A stretch of 64,000 nt of DNA from Verrucomicrobiia bacterium. Its GTDB lineage: Bacteria; Verrucomicrobiota; Verrucomicrobiia; Limisphaerales; UBA1319. The stretch's first letter is position 1; each line of letters begins with the position of its first letter. The position numbers were made by a program, and so were the translations under genes. The notes under the pieces were generated by a model. The model did not search any database. It was given only the letters and a program-made list of their open reading frames with translations, and was not told where the DNA came from. The DNA lies in assembly GCA_963664225.1 (NCBI GenBank), contig OY760937.1, forward strand, positions 4,960,001 to 5,024,000, given 5' to 3'. Shown here piece after piece: positions 17,401-27,164 of this stretch.

Positions 17401-19336
17401 GATCTTCGATCCGGCGCATCCTCGCAAATACGAAATAACAGCCACATGGGAGAGCGGGGAATTGCCGGATTTTGCAGAGACCATCACAGTTCCCGCATCG
17501 TCCGTAAAGATTGGCCATACCTATCGCGTTCGTGTGCGAATGAAAGACTTTTCGGGGCGTTGGAGTCATTGGTCCGCGCCGGTTGAATTTGTGGCGGGCG
17601 AGCGGGATCAAGTGCAGGTATTGCGGGAAAATCTGGGGGTCACGGAGTTGATGTATGATCCGCAAGGCGGTTCGGAATATGAGTATATCGAACTGCACAA
17701 TGCCAATGCAACCGAGACGCTGGATCTGGCCGGGGTCACCTTTACGCAAGGGATCAATTACACCTTTGACGCGAATACGCTCCTCGGACCCAACGAGTAT
17801 CTGCTGCTGACAAAAGCGTTCTCAACCAATAATTACGCCGATTTCCGCGCGCATTATCATTTGGATGCAACGGTCCGCATTGTCGGGCCCTATTCGGGCA
17901 GTTTCGATAACAATGGCGAAACAGTGACGATCAAGAGCGGTGCAGCGGGAACGGATATTATTTCCTTTACCTATGGCGATGGCTCGGGTTGGCCGGCGAG
18001 CGCGGATGGCGCGGGGCATTCCCTGGTTCCGCTGAATTATACGTTCACAGGGAGAGCTTACGATTACGCCAGGGGTTGGCGGGCGAGCGCTTTTACCGGG
18101 GGTTCTCCTGGAAAAGAAGATCCCACGCCGCAAGTGTCCGTGGTGCTCAATGAAATCGCGGCCTATACGGTGTATTCGGATCCGTTAAAGCCCGAATACG
18201 TTTCCAACGACTGGATAGAACTTTTTAATACGACCGATGCGCCGGTTCTGATGGAGCATTGGTTTTTAAGCGACGATCCAACCGTATTGACCAAGTGGGC
18301 CATTCCCACACAGACCCTTGCTGGGCATGAACGCGTGGTCTTTGACGAGGTGAGCGGATTCCACAATCCCATCACGAACGGTTTTGGACTGAGCAGTTTA
18401 GGAGAATCCCTATACCTGTCCTGCCTGCCCGGCGATGGAACGGACCGCGTTATGGATGCCATCCAATACAAAGCTCAGGAGACAGCGATATCCTGGGGAC
18501 GGTATCCGGACGGAGGCGAATACTGGATGGGATTGGAGCCGACGCGGGGGGCGTCCAACGGGCCGCCGGTGGGGCATTTGATCATCAGCGAAATCATGTA
18601 TCACCCGGCTGCCTTTGATACGAACGACAACACGCGGGACGAATACATCGAGATATTCAATCCCACGACAAACACGGTTTCCCTGTCCGATACCAATGGC
18701 GCCTGGCGCATCGATGGCAGTGTTAAATACGCATTTCCAACCAATACAGTGCTGTTGCCCGGTCAATGCCTTTTGGTGGCGGCAGTGGCGCAAACAAACA
18801 CTGTGCAATGGGACGCGTTTATTCAAAAATACAATCTGACCAACGATGCCTTGGTTATTGTGAGGCCGTTCGATGGCAAACTTCCCAACGATGCCGGACG
18901 GGTCGCATTGGAAAAACCGATGGCAACGGGCATTGTTGGAAACTCGACTGCATGGATCGTTCAGGATGAGGTCATTTATTCGGATTCATTGCCATGGTAT
19001 CCTGCTGCGGACGGCGTAGGGTCATCGCTGGAAAGAACAGGTTTTCAGATCATTGGCAACGATCCAATGCAGTGGACCGCCGCAGATCCGACTCCGGGAT
19101 TTGTGCCAGTGGAAAGGGCGATCACCTTGAGCATGCCTGTTGTTCTTGGGGAGGGAAAGTTCAGCATTCAAGTCCAGTGCCCGACATTTGGAACGATGGT
19201 CGTCGATTCCTCGACCGACCTGCGCCAGTGGCAGCCAGTCTATACCAACACGGCGCACACCGGGAGCTTTGAGTTTGGCGACACCAATGTGCTGGCGGGC
19301 ACAAACCAATTCTACCGTGTCCGCAAGGTGCAATAG
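14456..19336 (+). CDS. Secreted CotH-kinase-family protein with lamin-tail domains
   Basis: Repeated LTD starts (VIINEIHYNP, VTELMYDP, VVLNEI, IISEIMYHP). CotH motifs FRARGG, KNYMYY..WDLDLTW. C-terminal STDLRQW...FYRV module. ORF-track start is 14366. Confidence 0.88.
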   Translation: MTFLKKSFRTEFAGLEVCTRWMLILLLVGVASSNGAVIINEIHYNPDVKTEPAKFVEIYNTDTNAVDLSAWSFTSGINYTFPQGATLGGLQFALVGSNPAFLKTKYGAQAYGPFTGTLSAQGDKLVLRDAAGTIQNQVAFQLGFPWPTVGDPPGYSIELINPSLDNTLGGSWRASHREADTNSTAQPQTFITDHSEWRYHKGTNEASIPTDAWRMPGFDDASWPAGTTPIGYDPIEVMGTPLDDMRGNYVTIFARKTFVISNPAEIGALLADVEYDDGFNLWINGRHVQRQALDRDEMAYNELANTTRENAGFDTFALPIPLDYLQAGTNVIAIQVHNILLSASSDAFFDLRLRTQPVSVVAVSGPTPGRINSVYSTNAPPQIRQVDHTPRQPMSNQEVKITAKITDPDGVRSVKLEYQLVDPGQYIAISDVAYQTNWVELAMLDDGAAGDAAAGDDVFTAVMPASLQTNRRLVRYRITAVDNTGLSVTVPYGDDAQPNFAYFVYDGVPAWSGAARPGTTVVQQFGTNIMRSLPTYHLISKQTAVEGSTWRDQYQGNLYPYQGTVVIDGEVLDHIRFRARGGVWRYAMGKNMWKFDLNRGHDFLPVDNYGQGYNARWKKINLGSCIQQGDYGHRGEQGMFESIGFKLFNLAGIEAPRTHFVQFRVIDKALETNPANQYDGDFWGLYMAVEQEDGRFLDEHGLPDGNFYKMDGGFGTLNNQGPTAVSDRSDLSKFMSTYQGSPSESWWRTNFDLGRYYDYRTIVEAIHHYDIDEGAGKNYMYYLNPVTGLWSEHPWDLDLTWADNMYGGGGSPFKNRVLPQPAFALEYRNRIREIRDLLFNSEQTGLLIDEYAAIIHDPKGGLSFTDADRAQWDYNPIMASGYVNSSKSGQGRYYQWPFEPTVTKSFVGTIQLMKNYVKTRGAFLDALAADMYTPNTPVVTYAGPTNYPINQLVFRSSAFERTNGTFAGMKWRLAEVSPANAPIFDPAHPRKYEITATWESGELPDFAETITVPASSVKIGHTYRVRVRMKDFSGRWSHWSAPVEFVAGERDQVQVLRENLGVTELMYDPQGGSEYEYIELHNANATETLDLAGVTFTQGINYTFDANTLLGPNEYLLLTKAFSTNNYADFRAHYHLDATVRIVGPYSGSFDNNGETVTIKSGAAGTDIISFTYGDGSGWPASADGAGHSLVPLNYTFTGRAYDYARGWRASAFTGGSPGKEDPTPQVSVVLNEIAAYTVYSDPLKPEYVSNDWIELFNTTDAPVLMEHWFLSDDPTVLTKWAIPTQTLAGHERVVFDEVSGFHNPITNGFGLSSLGESLYLSCLPGDGTDRVMDAIQYKAQETAISWGRYPDGGEYWMGLEPTRGASNGPPVGHLIISEIMYHPAAFDTNDNTRDEYIEIFNPTTNTVSLSDTNGAWRIDGSVKYAFPTNTVLLPGQCLLVAAVAQTNTVQWDAFIQKYNLTNDALVIVRPFDGKLPNDAGRVALEKPMATGIVGNSTAWIVQDEVIYSDSLPWYPAADGVGSSLERTGFQIIGNDPMQWTAADPTPGFVPVERAITLSMPVVLGEGKFSIQVQCPTFGTMVVDSSTDLRQWQPVYTNTAHTGSFEFGDTNVLAGTNQFYRVRKVQ

Positions 19337-19374
19337 GCCAATAGGCGAAACCGAAAGGCGAATGCTTTAAAACG

Positions 19375-19415
19375 AAAAGGCCTGCGTGGATGATCAAATC
19401 CCGCAGGCCTTTTTT
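19375..19415. terminator. Bidirectional intrinsic terminator
   Basis: AAAAGGCCTGCG...CGCAGGCCTTTTTT between the convergent CotH gene and galE. Confidence 0.75.
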
Positions 19416-19433
19416 GCGTTCGTTTGAAATGGT

Positions 19434-20405
<972 letters not shown>

Positions 20406-20571
20406 GGGACCGACTTTAGTCAGGCGACCGGAGGTGTGGAAGTGAATTGTCTGGGACTAAGGTGTAAATGCGGCTTTGCAGCGCCTTAATAAATTAGTTG
20501 CTTCCTCTGCAGAACAAGCCTAACACTTGTAAAGTCATCATAAAAGGTCGGTCAAATTTTCGGGCTATTAT

Positions 20572-21747
20572 ATGAGAAAATTCATCATTAGAACCTTTGG
20601 CAAATCACTCTCGCGTTCCATCCTTGGCTACACACTGGCTGTTACCATTGTTGGCAGCGCGATTGCGGCCACACAGTTGGATATTCAAACGGTGCCCATG
20701 CTGAAGCTGACGGGTGAGGTGGGGACTACCAATCAAATCCAATACGTGACGGAATTGGGTCAGACTAACGCGTGGAATGTCCTGACGAATGTTGTGCTGA
20801 CCAACAGCACGGAGTATTACGTTGATACCAGCGCGACGGGTTCGGTCAAGCGATATTACCAGACGGTGGTTTTAAGCGGAACAAATGCGAGTGTTCCTGA
20901 TGGCATGGCGTTGATCCCTGCCGGGGAGTTTACCATGGGCGACACGTTCAACGATGCCTTCTTTGGAAATTCAGCGCTTCCCCTCCATACAGTATTTGTG
21001 AGCCCATTTTATATGGACAAAAACCTGGTGACAAAGGCCCTTTGGGACGATGTCTATAAATGGGCTATCACGCATGGCTATACTTTCGACAATGCAGGCA
21101 TGGGGAAGGCACCTAATCACCCGGTCCACACCGTCAATTGGTGTGATGCGGCGAAGTGGTGCAATGCGAGGAGTGAGAAGGAAGGGCGGGTTCAGGCTTA
21201 TTATACAAGTGCAGACCAGACAACAGTCTATCGTGCAGGACAGCTATCACTGCAAAACGACTGGGTGAAATGGAACAGCGGTTATCGGCTGCCAACGGAG
21301 GCGGAATGGGAGAAGGCGGCTCGAGGTGGATTGAGCAATAACCGATTTCCATGGGGCAAAACCATCACGCACAGCCAGGCGAATTATTACAGTGACAGCA
21401 ATATCGGATTTAATTTCGATGTCAGCCCTACGAGAGGATATCATCCCGATTACAGCACAGGTTCGGCACCCTACACCAGTCCGGTGGGTTCGTTTGCCCC
21501 CAATGGGTATGGTCTTTACGACATGGCTGGGAATGTGTGCGAGTGGTGCTGGGACACGTACGGGCCCTATGACAGTGCCTCACAATCAAACCCGCGTGGG
21601 CTTGCTTCAGGCTCGGATCGTGTAAATCGAGGCGGTTGTTGGGGGCTCAAGGCCCTCTCTTGCCGGGTTGCTGGCCGCGACTACAACTCAATGGACCGCG
21701 CAGAAACGATTTACGGATTTCGATCAACCCTGCCCGTAGGTCAGTAA
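20572..21747 (+). CDS. Secreted FGE-sulfatase (SUMF1/EgtB/PvdO, CLec-fold) domain protein
   Basis: IPAGEFTMG, HPVHTVNW, RLPTEAEWEKAARGG, NGYGLYDMAGNVCEW, RGGCW...GFR; signal peptide. Confidence 0.92.
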   Translation: MRKFIIRTFGKSLSRSILGYTLAVTIVGSAIAATQLDIQTVPMLKLTGEVGTTNQIQYVTELGQTNAWNVLTNVVLTNSTEYYVDTSATGSVKRYYQTVVLSGTNASVPDGMALIPAGEFTMGDTFNDAFFGNSALPLHTVFVSPFYMDKNLVTKALWDDVYKWAITHGYTFDNAGMGKAPNHPVHTVNWCDAAKWCNARSEKEGRVQAYYTSADQTTVYRAGQLSLQNDWVKWNSGYRLPTEAEWEKAARGGLSNNRFPWGKTITHSQANYYSDSNIGFNFDVSPTRGYHPDYSTGSAPYTSPVGSFAPNGYGLYDMAGNVCEWCWDTYGPYDSASQSNPRGLASGSDRVNRGGCWGLKALSCRVAGRDYNSMDRAETIYGFRSTLPVGQ

Positions 21748-21825
21748 ACCATGAACATCTTTAGGGATTTTATGACCTTAAAAATTCACTTGCCTACCCG
21801 GTCACTCAAATTTGTGGGATATCAA

Positions 21826-23016
21826 ATGGAAAACATAATCCGTGAGAACAGTGGGAATGCACTCATTCGCGCTGTGCTTGGCTGCGCTTTGTCTGGAACC
21901 ATCGTTTCCACGGCTTTCGCCGGCACTCAGTTGGAAACTCAACCCGTACCCATGCTCAAGTTAAGCGGGGAGATCGGCACCACAAACCAGGTACAATACG
22001 TGACGGAGCTGGGCCAGACCAACGCGTGGAATGTCCTGACCAATATCGTGCTGACCAGCAGCGCCCAATATTATGTTGATACCGGCGCAACCGGTGCTGT
22101 GAAACGCTTTTATCAGGTGGTAATCCTGGGCAATTCACCAACCAATGTTCCTTCTGGTATGGTTCTGATTCCGGCAGGTGTGTTCACGATTGGGGACACG
22201 CTGGGTGATTGGCCTAATTGGGTCGGAAGCAGCGATGCGACTCCTACGCATAACGTTAATGTAAGTGCATTTTACATGGATAAGACATTGGTAACAAAGA
22301 CATTGTGGGATGATGTCTTTGTTTGGGCGGGGGGGCATGGTTACATTTTCGATAATCCGGGTTATGGCAAAGGGACCAATCATCCGGTCCATTCGATCAG
22401 TTGGTATGATATGGTGAAGTGGTGCAATGCACGTAGCGAGAAAATGGGATTGATTCCTGCTTATTACACCAGTGCAGAGAAAACAACCGTGTATCGTTCC
22501 GGCCAGTTGGAACCCCAAAACGATTGGGTGAACTGGAATGCGGGGTATCGCCTGCCGACCGAGGCAGAATGGGAGAAGGCGGCGCGGGGAGGGTTGAGCA
22601 ATAATCGGTTTCCGTGGGGAGACACAATCACGCATAGCAAGGCGAATTATAATAGCGTCACCAACGAAGGTTTGGTTTTAAGTTACGATATCAGCCCGAC
22701 GGCAGGGTATCATCCCGATTACGATGTCGATCCGCAACCCTACACCAGTCCGGTGGCGTCGTTTGCTCCCAATGGGTATGGTCTTTACGACATGGCTGGG
22801 AATGTTTGTGAGCGTTGCTGGGATTGGTATGGACCTTATGGCAGCGCCTATCAATCAGACCCGCGTGGTCCAGATTCAGGCTTAATGCGTGTCTGGCGCG
22901 GTGGTGATTGGAGTGACAACGCTGATAGCTGCAGAGTGGCGCGCCGCAACAGCTACTCTGCGACCTACAAGAACGCCGGGTTAGGATTCCGCACTATTCT
23001 GCCCCTGAATCAATGA
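21826..23016 (+). CDS. Secreted FGE-sulfatase-domain protein, tandem paralog
   Basis: Same motifs as the upstream gene. ORF-track start is 21751; MENII at 21826 matches the paralog's length. Confidence 0.92.
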   Translation: MENIIRENSGNALIRAVLGCALSGTIVSTAFAGTQLETQPVPMLKLSGEIGTTNQVQYVTELGQTNAWNVLTNIVLTSSAQYYVDTGATGAVKRFYQVVILGNSPTNVPSGMVLIPAGVFTIGDTLGDWPNWVGSSDATPTHNVNVSAFYMDKTLVTKTLWDDVFVWAGGHGYIFDNPGYGKGTNHPVHSISWYDMVKWCNARSEKMGLIPAYYTSAEKTTVYRSGQLEPQNDWVNWNAGYRLPTEAEWEKAARGGLSNNRFPWGDTITHSKANYNSVTNEGLVLSYDISPTAGYHPDYDVDPQPYTSPVASFAPNGYGLYDMAGNVCERCWDWYGPYGSAYQSDPRGPDSGLMRVWRGGDWSDNADSCRVARRNSYSATYKNAGLGFRTILPLNQ

Positions 23017-23215
23017 GTCAGAAGCTGGAAGAGTGCGTCTTTGAATCGGAACTGCCATTGCATCAGTCAAGACGCGCTCCTTCGGAGCGTTCCTCTGTCA
23101 CTGATTCCTGATACATCCATATTTGACTCAACTGTAGCGATTTCGTGATGATCATCACCGGGCTGTCACCAGACTTGCCCGCCGTCGCGCTTTTCGGCAG
23201 CATGGGTGGGTTGAT

Positions 23216-23656
23216 ATGGAAAAATCGTTGGTGTTAATCAAACCAGACGCGCTGCATGGTGGGAAGGCAGGCGCGGTTTTGTCGCGTCTGGAATCGGCGG
23301 GACTGCGTGTCGAGAATGCCCGTTATGTCGATACGACGCTGGAGCAATGGCAGCGGCATTATGCGGATCTGAAGTCGCGCAATGCGCGCGCCTTCGAGCG
23401 CACCACGAAGGATCTGGCGGGCAAGCCGGTTCTTGCGATGATTCTGGCCGGGACAGACGCGGTGAAGAAGATTCGCGCGCTGGCGGGTCCCACGGATCCG
23501 AGCGTGGCGCCACCGGGAACGATCCGGGGCGACCTCGGGGCGGATTCCATGGTGGCGGCGAATGCGGAAAATCGGTCCACGCGCAATCTGCTGCACGCGG
23601 CGGATTCGCATGAAGCGGCGGTTCGGGAGACGGCCATCTGGTTTGGAAACGAGTGA
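23216..23656 (+). CDS. ndk: Nucleoside-diphosphate kinase
   Basis: SLVLIKPDA, GPTDP..APPGTIRGD, NLLHAADS. Confidence 0.93.
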   Translation: MEKSLVLIKPDALHGGKAGAVLSRLESAGLRVENARYVDTTLEQWQRHYADLKSRNARAFERTTKDLAGKPVLAMILAGTDAVKKIRALAGPTDPSVAPPGTIRGDLGADSMVAANAENRSTRNLLHAADSHEAAVRETAIWFGNE

Positions 23657-23713
23657 CACAATCGCTCATGCGTCTAACAATTAAAGGGATTTCCCGCCCG
23701 ACCAAGGGCTGCG

Positions 23714-24853
23714 ATGTTTAAATTGCTCAAAACGGACGGTCACACCAAGGCGCGACTGGGTCAGTTGCGCACGGTGCATGGGGTGATCGATACACCAATC
23801 TTCATGCCTGTGGGAACGCAGGCGGCGGTCAAAACGCTGGATCCACGGGAGCTGCGTGAGCTGGGGGCGCAGATCATATTAAGCAACACGTATCATTTGT
23901 GCATCCGTCCGGGCATGGAGGTCATGGAGAAGATGGGTGGGCTGCACCAATTCATGAGCTGGCCGTATCCCATACTGACGGATAGCGGCGGCTACCAGGT
24001 GTTCAGCCTCGCCAAGATCCGCAAAATCAAACCCGAGGGAGTTTCCTTTCGATCGCATTTGGACGGCACCGCGCTGTTTCTTGGTCCCAAGGAAGCGATG
24101 CACATGCAGAAGGTGCTCGGATCGGATATTGCGATGGTGCTGGACGAGTGCCCGCCGCATACCGGGACGCAACGCCAATTGCATGAGGCTGTGGAACGCA
24201 CGATTCGATGGGCGGAACACTGCCGACAGCAGCCCCGGGCGGAGGGCCAGTTGGTGTTTGGAATTGTGCAGGGGGCCGGTCGGCCGGAATTGCGCGAGCA
24301 GTGCGCCAAGGCGCTGGTGTCGATTGGATTTGACGGTTACGCCATCGGGGGGGTCAGTGTGGGGGAAACGGAGGCTGAGATGATGAAGGCGGTGGAATAC
24401 ACCGAGCCGTTTCTGCCCGCAGACCAGGCGCGTTACGCCATGGGCCTGGGCACTCCAGCGCAGATTGTGGAGTTGGTGGCGCGGGGGGTGGACATGTTTG
24501 ACTGCGTGCTGCCGACCCGCATCGCCCGCAACGGGGCGGCCTTCACGCGCAAGGGGACTGTGAATATCAAGGCCGCCTATTGCAAAACGGATCCCGGTCC
24601 GATCGAGGAAGGATGCACCTGTTTTGCGTGCCGTAATTTTTCACGGGCCTATCTGCGCCATCTGATCAACGTGGAGGAGATTCTCGCACTGCGCATGATC
24701 AGCGTGCATAACTGCCACATGTATGTGCAACTGATGACGGACATCCGGCGGCACATTGCGCAGGAGACGTTTGCGGAGTTCCGTGCGGAGTTCGCGCGGA
24801 CGTATATTCCGTCCAAGAATTTACGAGCCTGCAAAGTCGATGCGGCGGAATAG
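23714..24853 (+). CDS. tgt: Queuine tRNA-guanine transglycosylase
   Basis: TPIFMPVGT, ILTDSGGYQVFSL, DMFDCVLPTR, CxCxxC...H zinc site. Confidence 0.97.
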   Translation: MFKLLKTDGHTKARLGQLRTVHGVIDTPIFMPVGTQAAVKTLDPRELRELGAQIILSNTYHLCIRPGMEVMEKMGGLHQFMSWPYPILTDSGGYQVFSLAKIRKIKPEGVSFRSHLDGTALFLGPKEAMHMQKVLGSDIAMVLDECPPHTGTQRQLHEAVERTIRWAEHCRQQPRAEGQLVFGIVQGAGRPELREQCAKALVSIGFDGYAIGGVSVGETEAEMMKAVEYTEPFLPADQARYAMGLGTPAQIVELVARGVDMFDCVLPTRIARNGAAFTRKGTVNIKAAYCKTDPGPIEEGCTCFACRNFSRAYLRHLINVEEILALRMISVHNCHMYVQLMTDIRRHIAQETFAEFRAEFARTYIPSKNLRACKVDAAE

Positions 24854-26017
24854 CGAGGCGACGGCCTGAGCGGCGCGATGCGAGGCGTCCGGAGGGCCGA
24901 GGCTGGCAATGACTTTGGCCAGGGTGGCTTTGATTTCCGCCATGCGGGCGGGATTTTCGAGAATCGCGAGGGCTTCGGCTGCGATGGCCTCCGGGGTGGC
25001 AGCGTCCTGAATGAACTCCGGGTAAACCACACCATCGTTCAGCAGATTGGCCATGGCCAGGTACTTCACCTTGACAACTCGTTTTCCAAACTGATAGGTG
25101 CCCCAGGAGGTTTTGTAAAAAATGATCGAGGGAACGCCAAAGTAGGCGCATTCCATGGTCACGGTTCCCGAACAGGCGAGGGCAAAAGTGGCGGAACGCA
25201 GGGAATCCGCCAGACCGCCGATCTGAACTTCCACAGAACTGTCCGTTGCGATCGCGGGGATTAATTGTCGCGCGGTTTTAGCGAGTTCTTGGTTGGGCGC
25301 AATGAGGCGGAAGTGAGCCTGGAACTTGCGCTGGATGATTTGGGCGGCCTGGGCCAGAACGGGGACATGTTTTTGGAGTTCGCGCGCGCGGCTGCCGGGC
25401 AGCAAAAGGATGAGCGGTTTGCCAGGATGGTCGGTGGGTGACAATGGAGCAGGATGGACCGCTGGTGTGGAGGCGAACCGATCCACGAGGGGATGGCCGA
25501 CGAATTCGACGCGCAAGTGGGGCGCGCGGGCGGCATACCACTTCTTCTCAAACGGAAAAATACTCAGCAACAGATCGACGTCGCGGTCGATTTTATGCAC
25601 GCGGGATTCGTGCCAGGCCCAAATCTGGGGCGAGACGTAATAGACGATTTTTGGGTTCCAGTTTTTGAAAGGGCCGACTCGGGAGCGGACCAATTTTTTA
25701 ATGGCAGCCACATAGCGGAGGTTAAAGCCGGGGTAATCGACGAGGATAATGACGTCCGGGAGTTCCCGCAGGGCCAGGTCGATGAGCTGGTTAAAGAGTT
25801 GGCGCAATTCGGGGTAGTGCTTGAGGACTTCCCAAATGCCCACGACGGCGTGCGCGGTCAGATCGAGGGAGAGATCGACGCCCGCCGCCTGCATTTTGGG
25901 GCCACCGGCGCCGATGAATCGCCAGTCTGTAATGCGCCGGAGGGCTTGAACCAGTTCGGCGGCGAGGGTGTCGCCACTGGCCTCGCCGGCAATGATCAGG
26001 CAGGTCCTGGAATTCAT
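24821..26017 (-). CDS. lpxB: Lipid-A-disaccharide synthase
   Basis: IAGEASGD, VDYPGFN, YYVSPQIWAW, FVGHPL, LLPGSR, SGTVTME. Confidence 0.96.
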   Translation of the reverse strand: MNSRTCLIIAGEASGDTLAAELVQALRRITDWRFIGAGGPKMQAAGVDLSLDLTAHAVVGIWEVLKHYPELRQLFNQLIDLALRELPDVIILVDYPGFNLRYVAAIKKLVRSRVGPFKNWNPKIVYYVSPQIWAWHESRVHKIDRDVDLLLSIFPFEKKWYAARAPHLRVEFVGHPLVDRFASTPAVHPAPLSPTDHPGKPLILLLPGSRARELQKHVPVLAQAAQIIQRKFQAHFRLIAPNQELAKTARQLIPAIATDSSVEVQIGGLADSLRSATFALACSGTVTMECAYFGVPSIIFYKTSWGTYQFGKRVVKVKYLAMANLLNDGVVYPEFIQDAATPEAIAAEALAILENPARMAEIKATLAKVIASLGPPDASHRAAQAVASLFRRIDFAGS

Positions 26018-26022
26018 GCCCT

Positions 26023-27066
26023 TTATGCCAATGGGGAGGGCAGGCCCGCGATGCCGGTCTGGATCAGGGCGGTGATTTCAAAGGCCAGGTCCAAGGCCCG
26101 CTTGGCGGATTCGCCGCTGACAATCGGGGTGTGGTGCTTGCGCACGCATTCGATGAAACTCTGCAATTCGAGCTTGAGCGGCTCGTCTTTTTCGATGGGC
26201 ACCGGTTCGCGCACGATGCGTTTGCCGCCAAATTCGCTGACAATGGCGCTGTCTTTTGCGGCGAGCAATTTTTTGAAAATGGAGGATTCCTTTTCGTCCT
26301 CGCGCGCGATTCTGTAAATGAAACCCTCCTGGGCGCGGTAGTCCAGGGAGACGTAACTGGTGCGCGCGCCGCCGCTGAATACGCGGATTTTTCGCATGCG
26401 CTCTGGGCTGACACGGCTGGCGGTGAGGTTGGCGACGCAGCCATTGGCAAAGCGCAGGCGGGCGTTGGCAATGTCCTCGGAGGCGCTCAGGACGGGAATG
26501 CCCACGGCGTCCACACTGACGACCGGGGATTTCACGAAGGCCAGAACGACATCCAGATCGTGGATCATGAGGTCGAGCACGACGCCGATGTCCGTGCTGC
26601 GGGCGGGAAATGGCGAGAGACGATGGGCCTCGATGAAGCGGGGTTCGGTGGCCACGGATTCCATGTAGTGGAAGATGGGATTGAAACGCTCCACGTGGCC
26701 GACCTGAAGGACGCAATTGTTCGCGCGCGCGAGTTGGATCAGGTCTGTGGCCTGGGCGGCGAGGCTGGTCATGGGCTTTTCCACGAGGACATGTTTTCCC
26801 TGAACGAGAAGGACTTTGGCCAGCTCGTGGTGTGTCACGGTGGGGGTGACCACGCTGAAGGCGTCGCTGCGCGCGGCGGCTTCCTCAATGGAGGCAAAGG
26901 CGGGGACACCGCATTTCTCGGCGATCTTCCGCGCCGTTTCCGCACTGGCGTCATACACACCAGTGAATTCGACAAGACCTGCGCGCGCCAGTTCGGCGTA
27001 AATCCGCGCGTGCTCTTTGCCCAGGGAACCCGTTCCCAGAACCGCCACTTTAATCGGCTTTGACAT
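26023..27066 (-). CDS. Gfo/Idh/MocA oxidoreductase, GnnA-like (UDP-GlcNAc 3-dehydrogenase)
   Basis: GTGSLG, HVLVEKP, VGHVERFNP, DLMIHDLD, ANLTASRVS; lies directly upstream of lpxB. Confidence 0.85.
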   Translation of the reverse strand: MSKPIKVAVLGTGSLGKEHARIYAELARAGLVEFTGVYDASAETARKIAEKCGVPAFASIEEAAARSDAFSVVTPTVTHHELAKVLLVQGKHVLVEKPMTSLAAQATDLIQLARANNCVLQVGHVERFNPIFHYMESVATEPRFIEAHRLSPFPARSTDIGVVLDLMIHDLDVVLAFVKSPVVSVDAVGIPVLSASEDIANARLRFANGCVANLTASRVSPERMRKIRVFSGGARTSYVSLDYRAQEGFIYRIAREDEKESSIFKKLLAAKDSAIVSEFGGKRIVREPVPIEKDEPLKLELQSFIECVRKHHTPIVSGESAKRALDLAFEITALIQTGIAGLPSPLA

Positions 27067-27164
27067 GCCAGAGTTTTACAGCGGGCCGGTCGCGTTCGCG
27101 AGAAAAATGCGCCGGGAGGATGCGACTTGTGAATCAAAGACTTGTTCGTGGACGGGAAATTCCC

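Noticed and set aside
20572..23215. Complete diversity-generating retroelement
   Set aside because: No reverse transcriptase, Avd or AAC-rich template repeat in the window; paralog differences include synonymous non-adenine changes.
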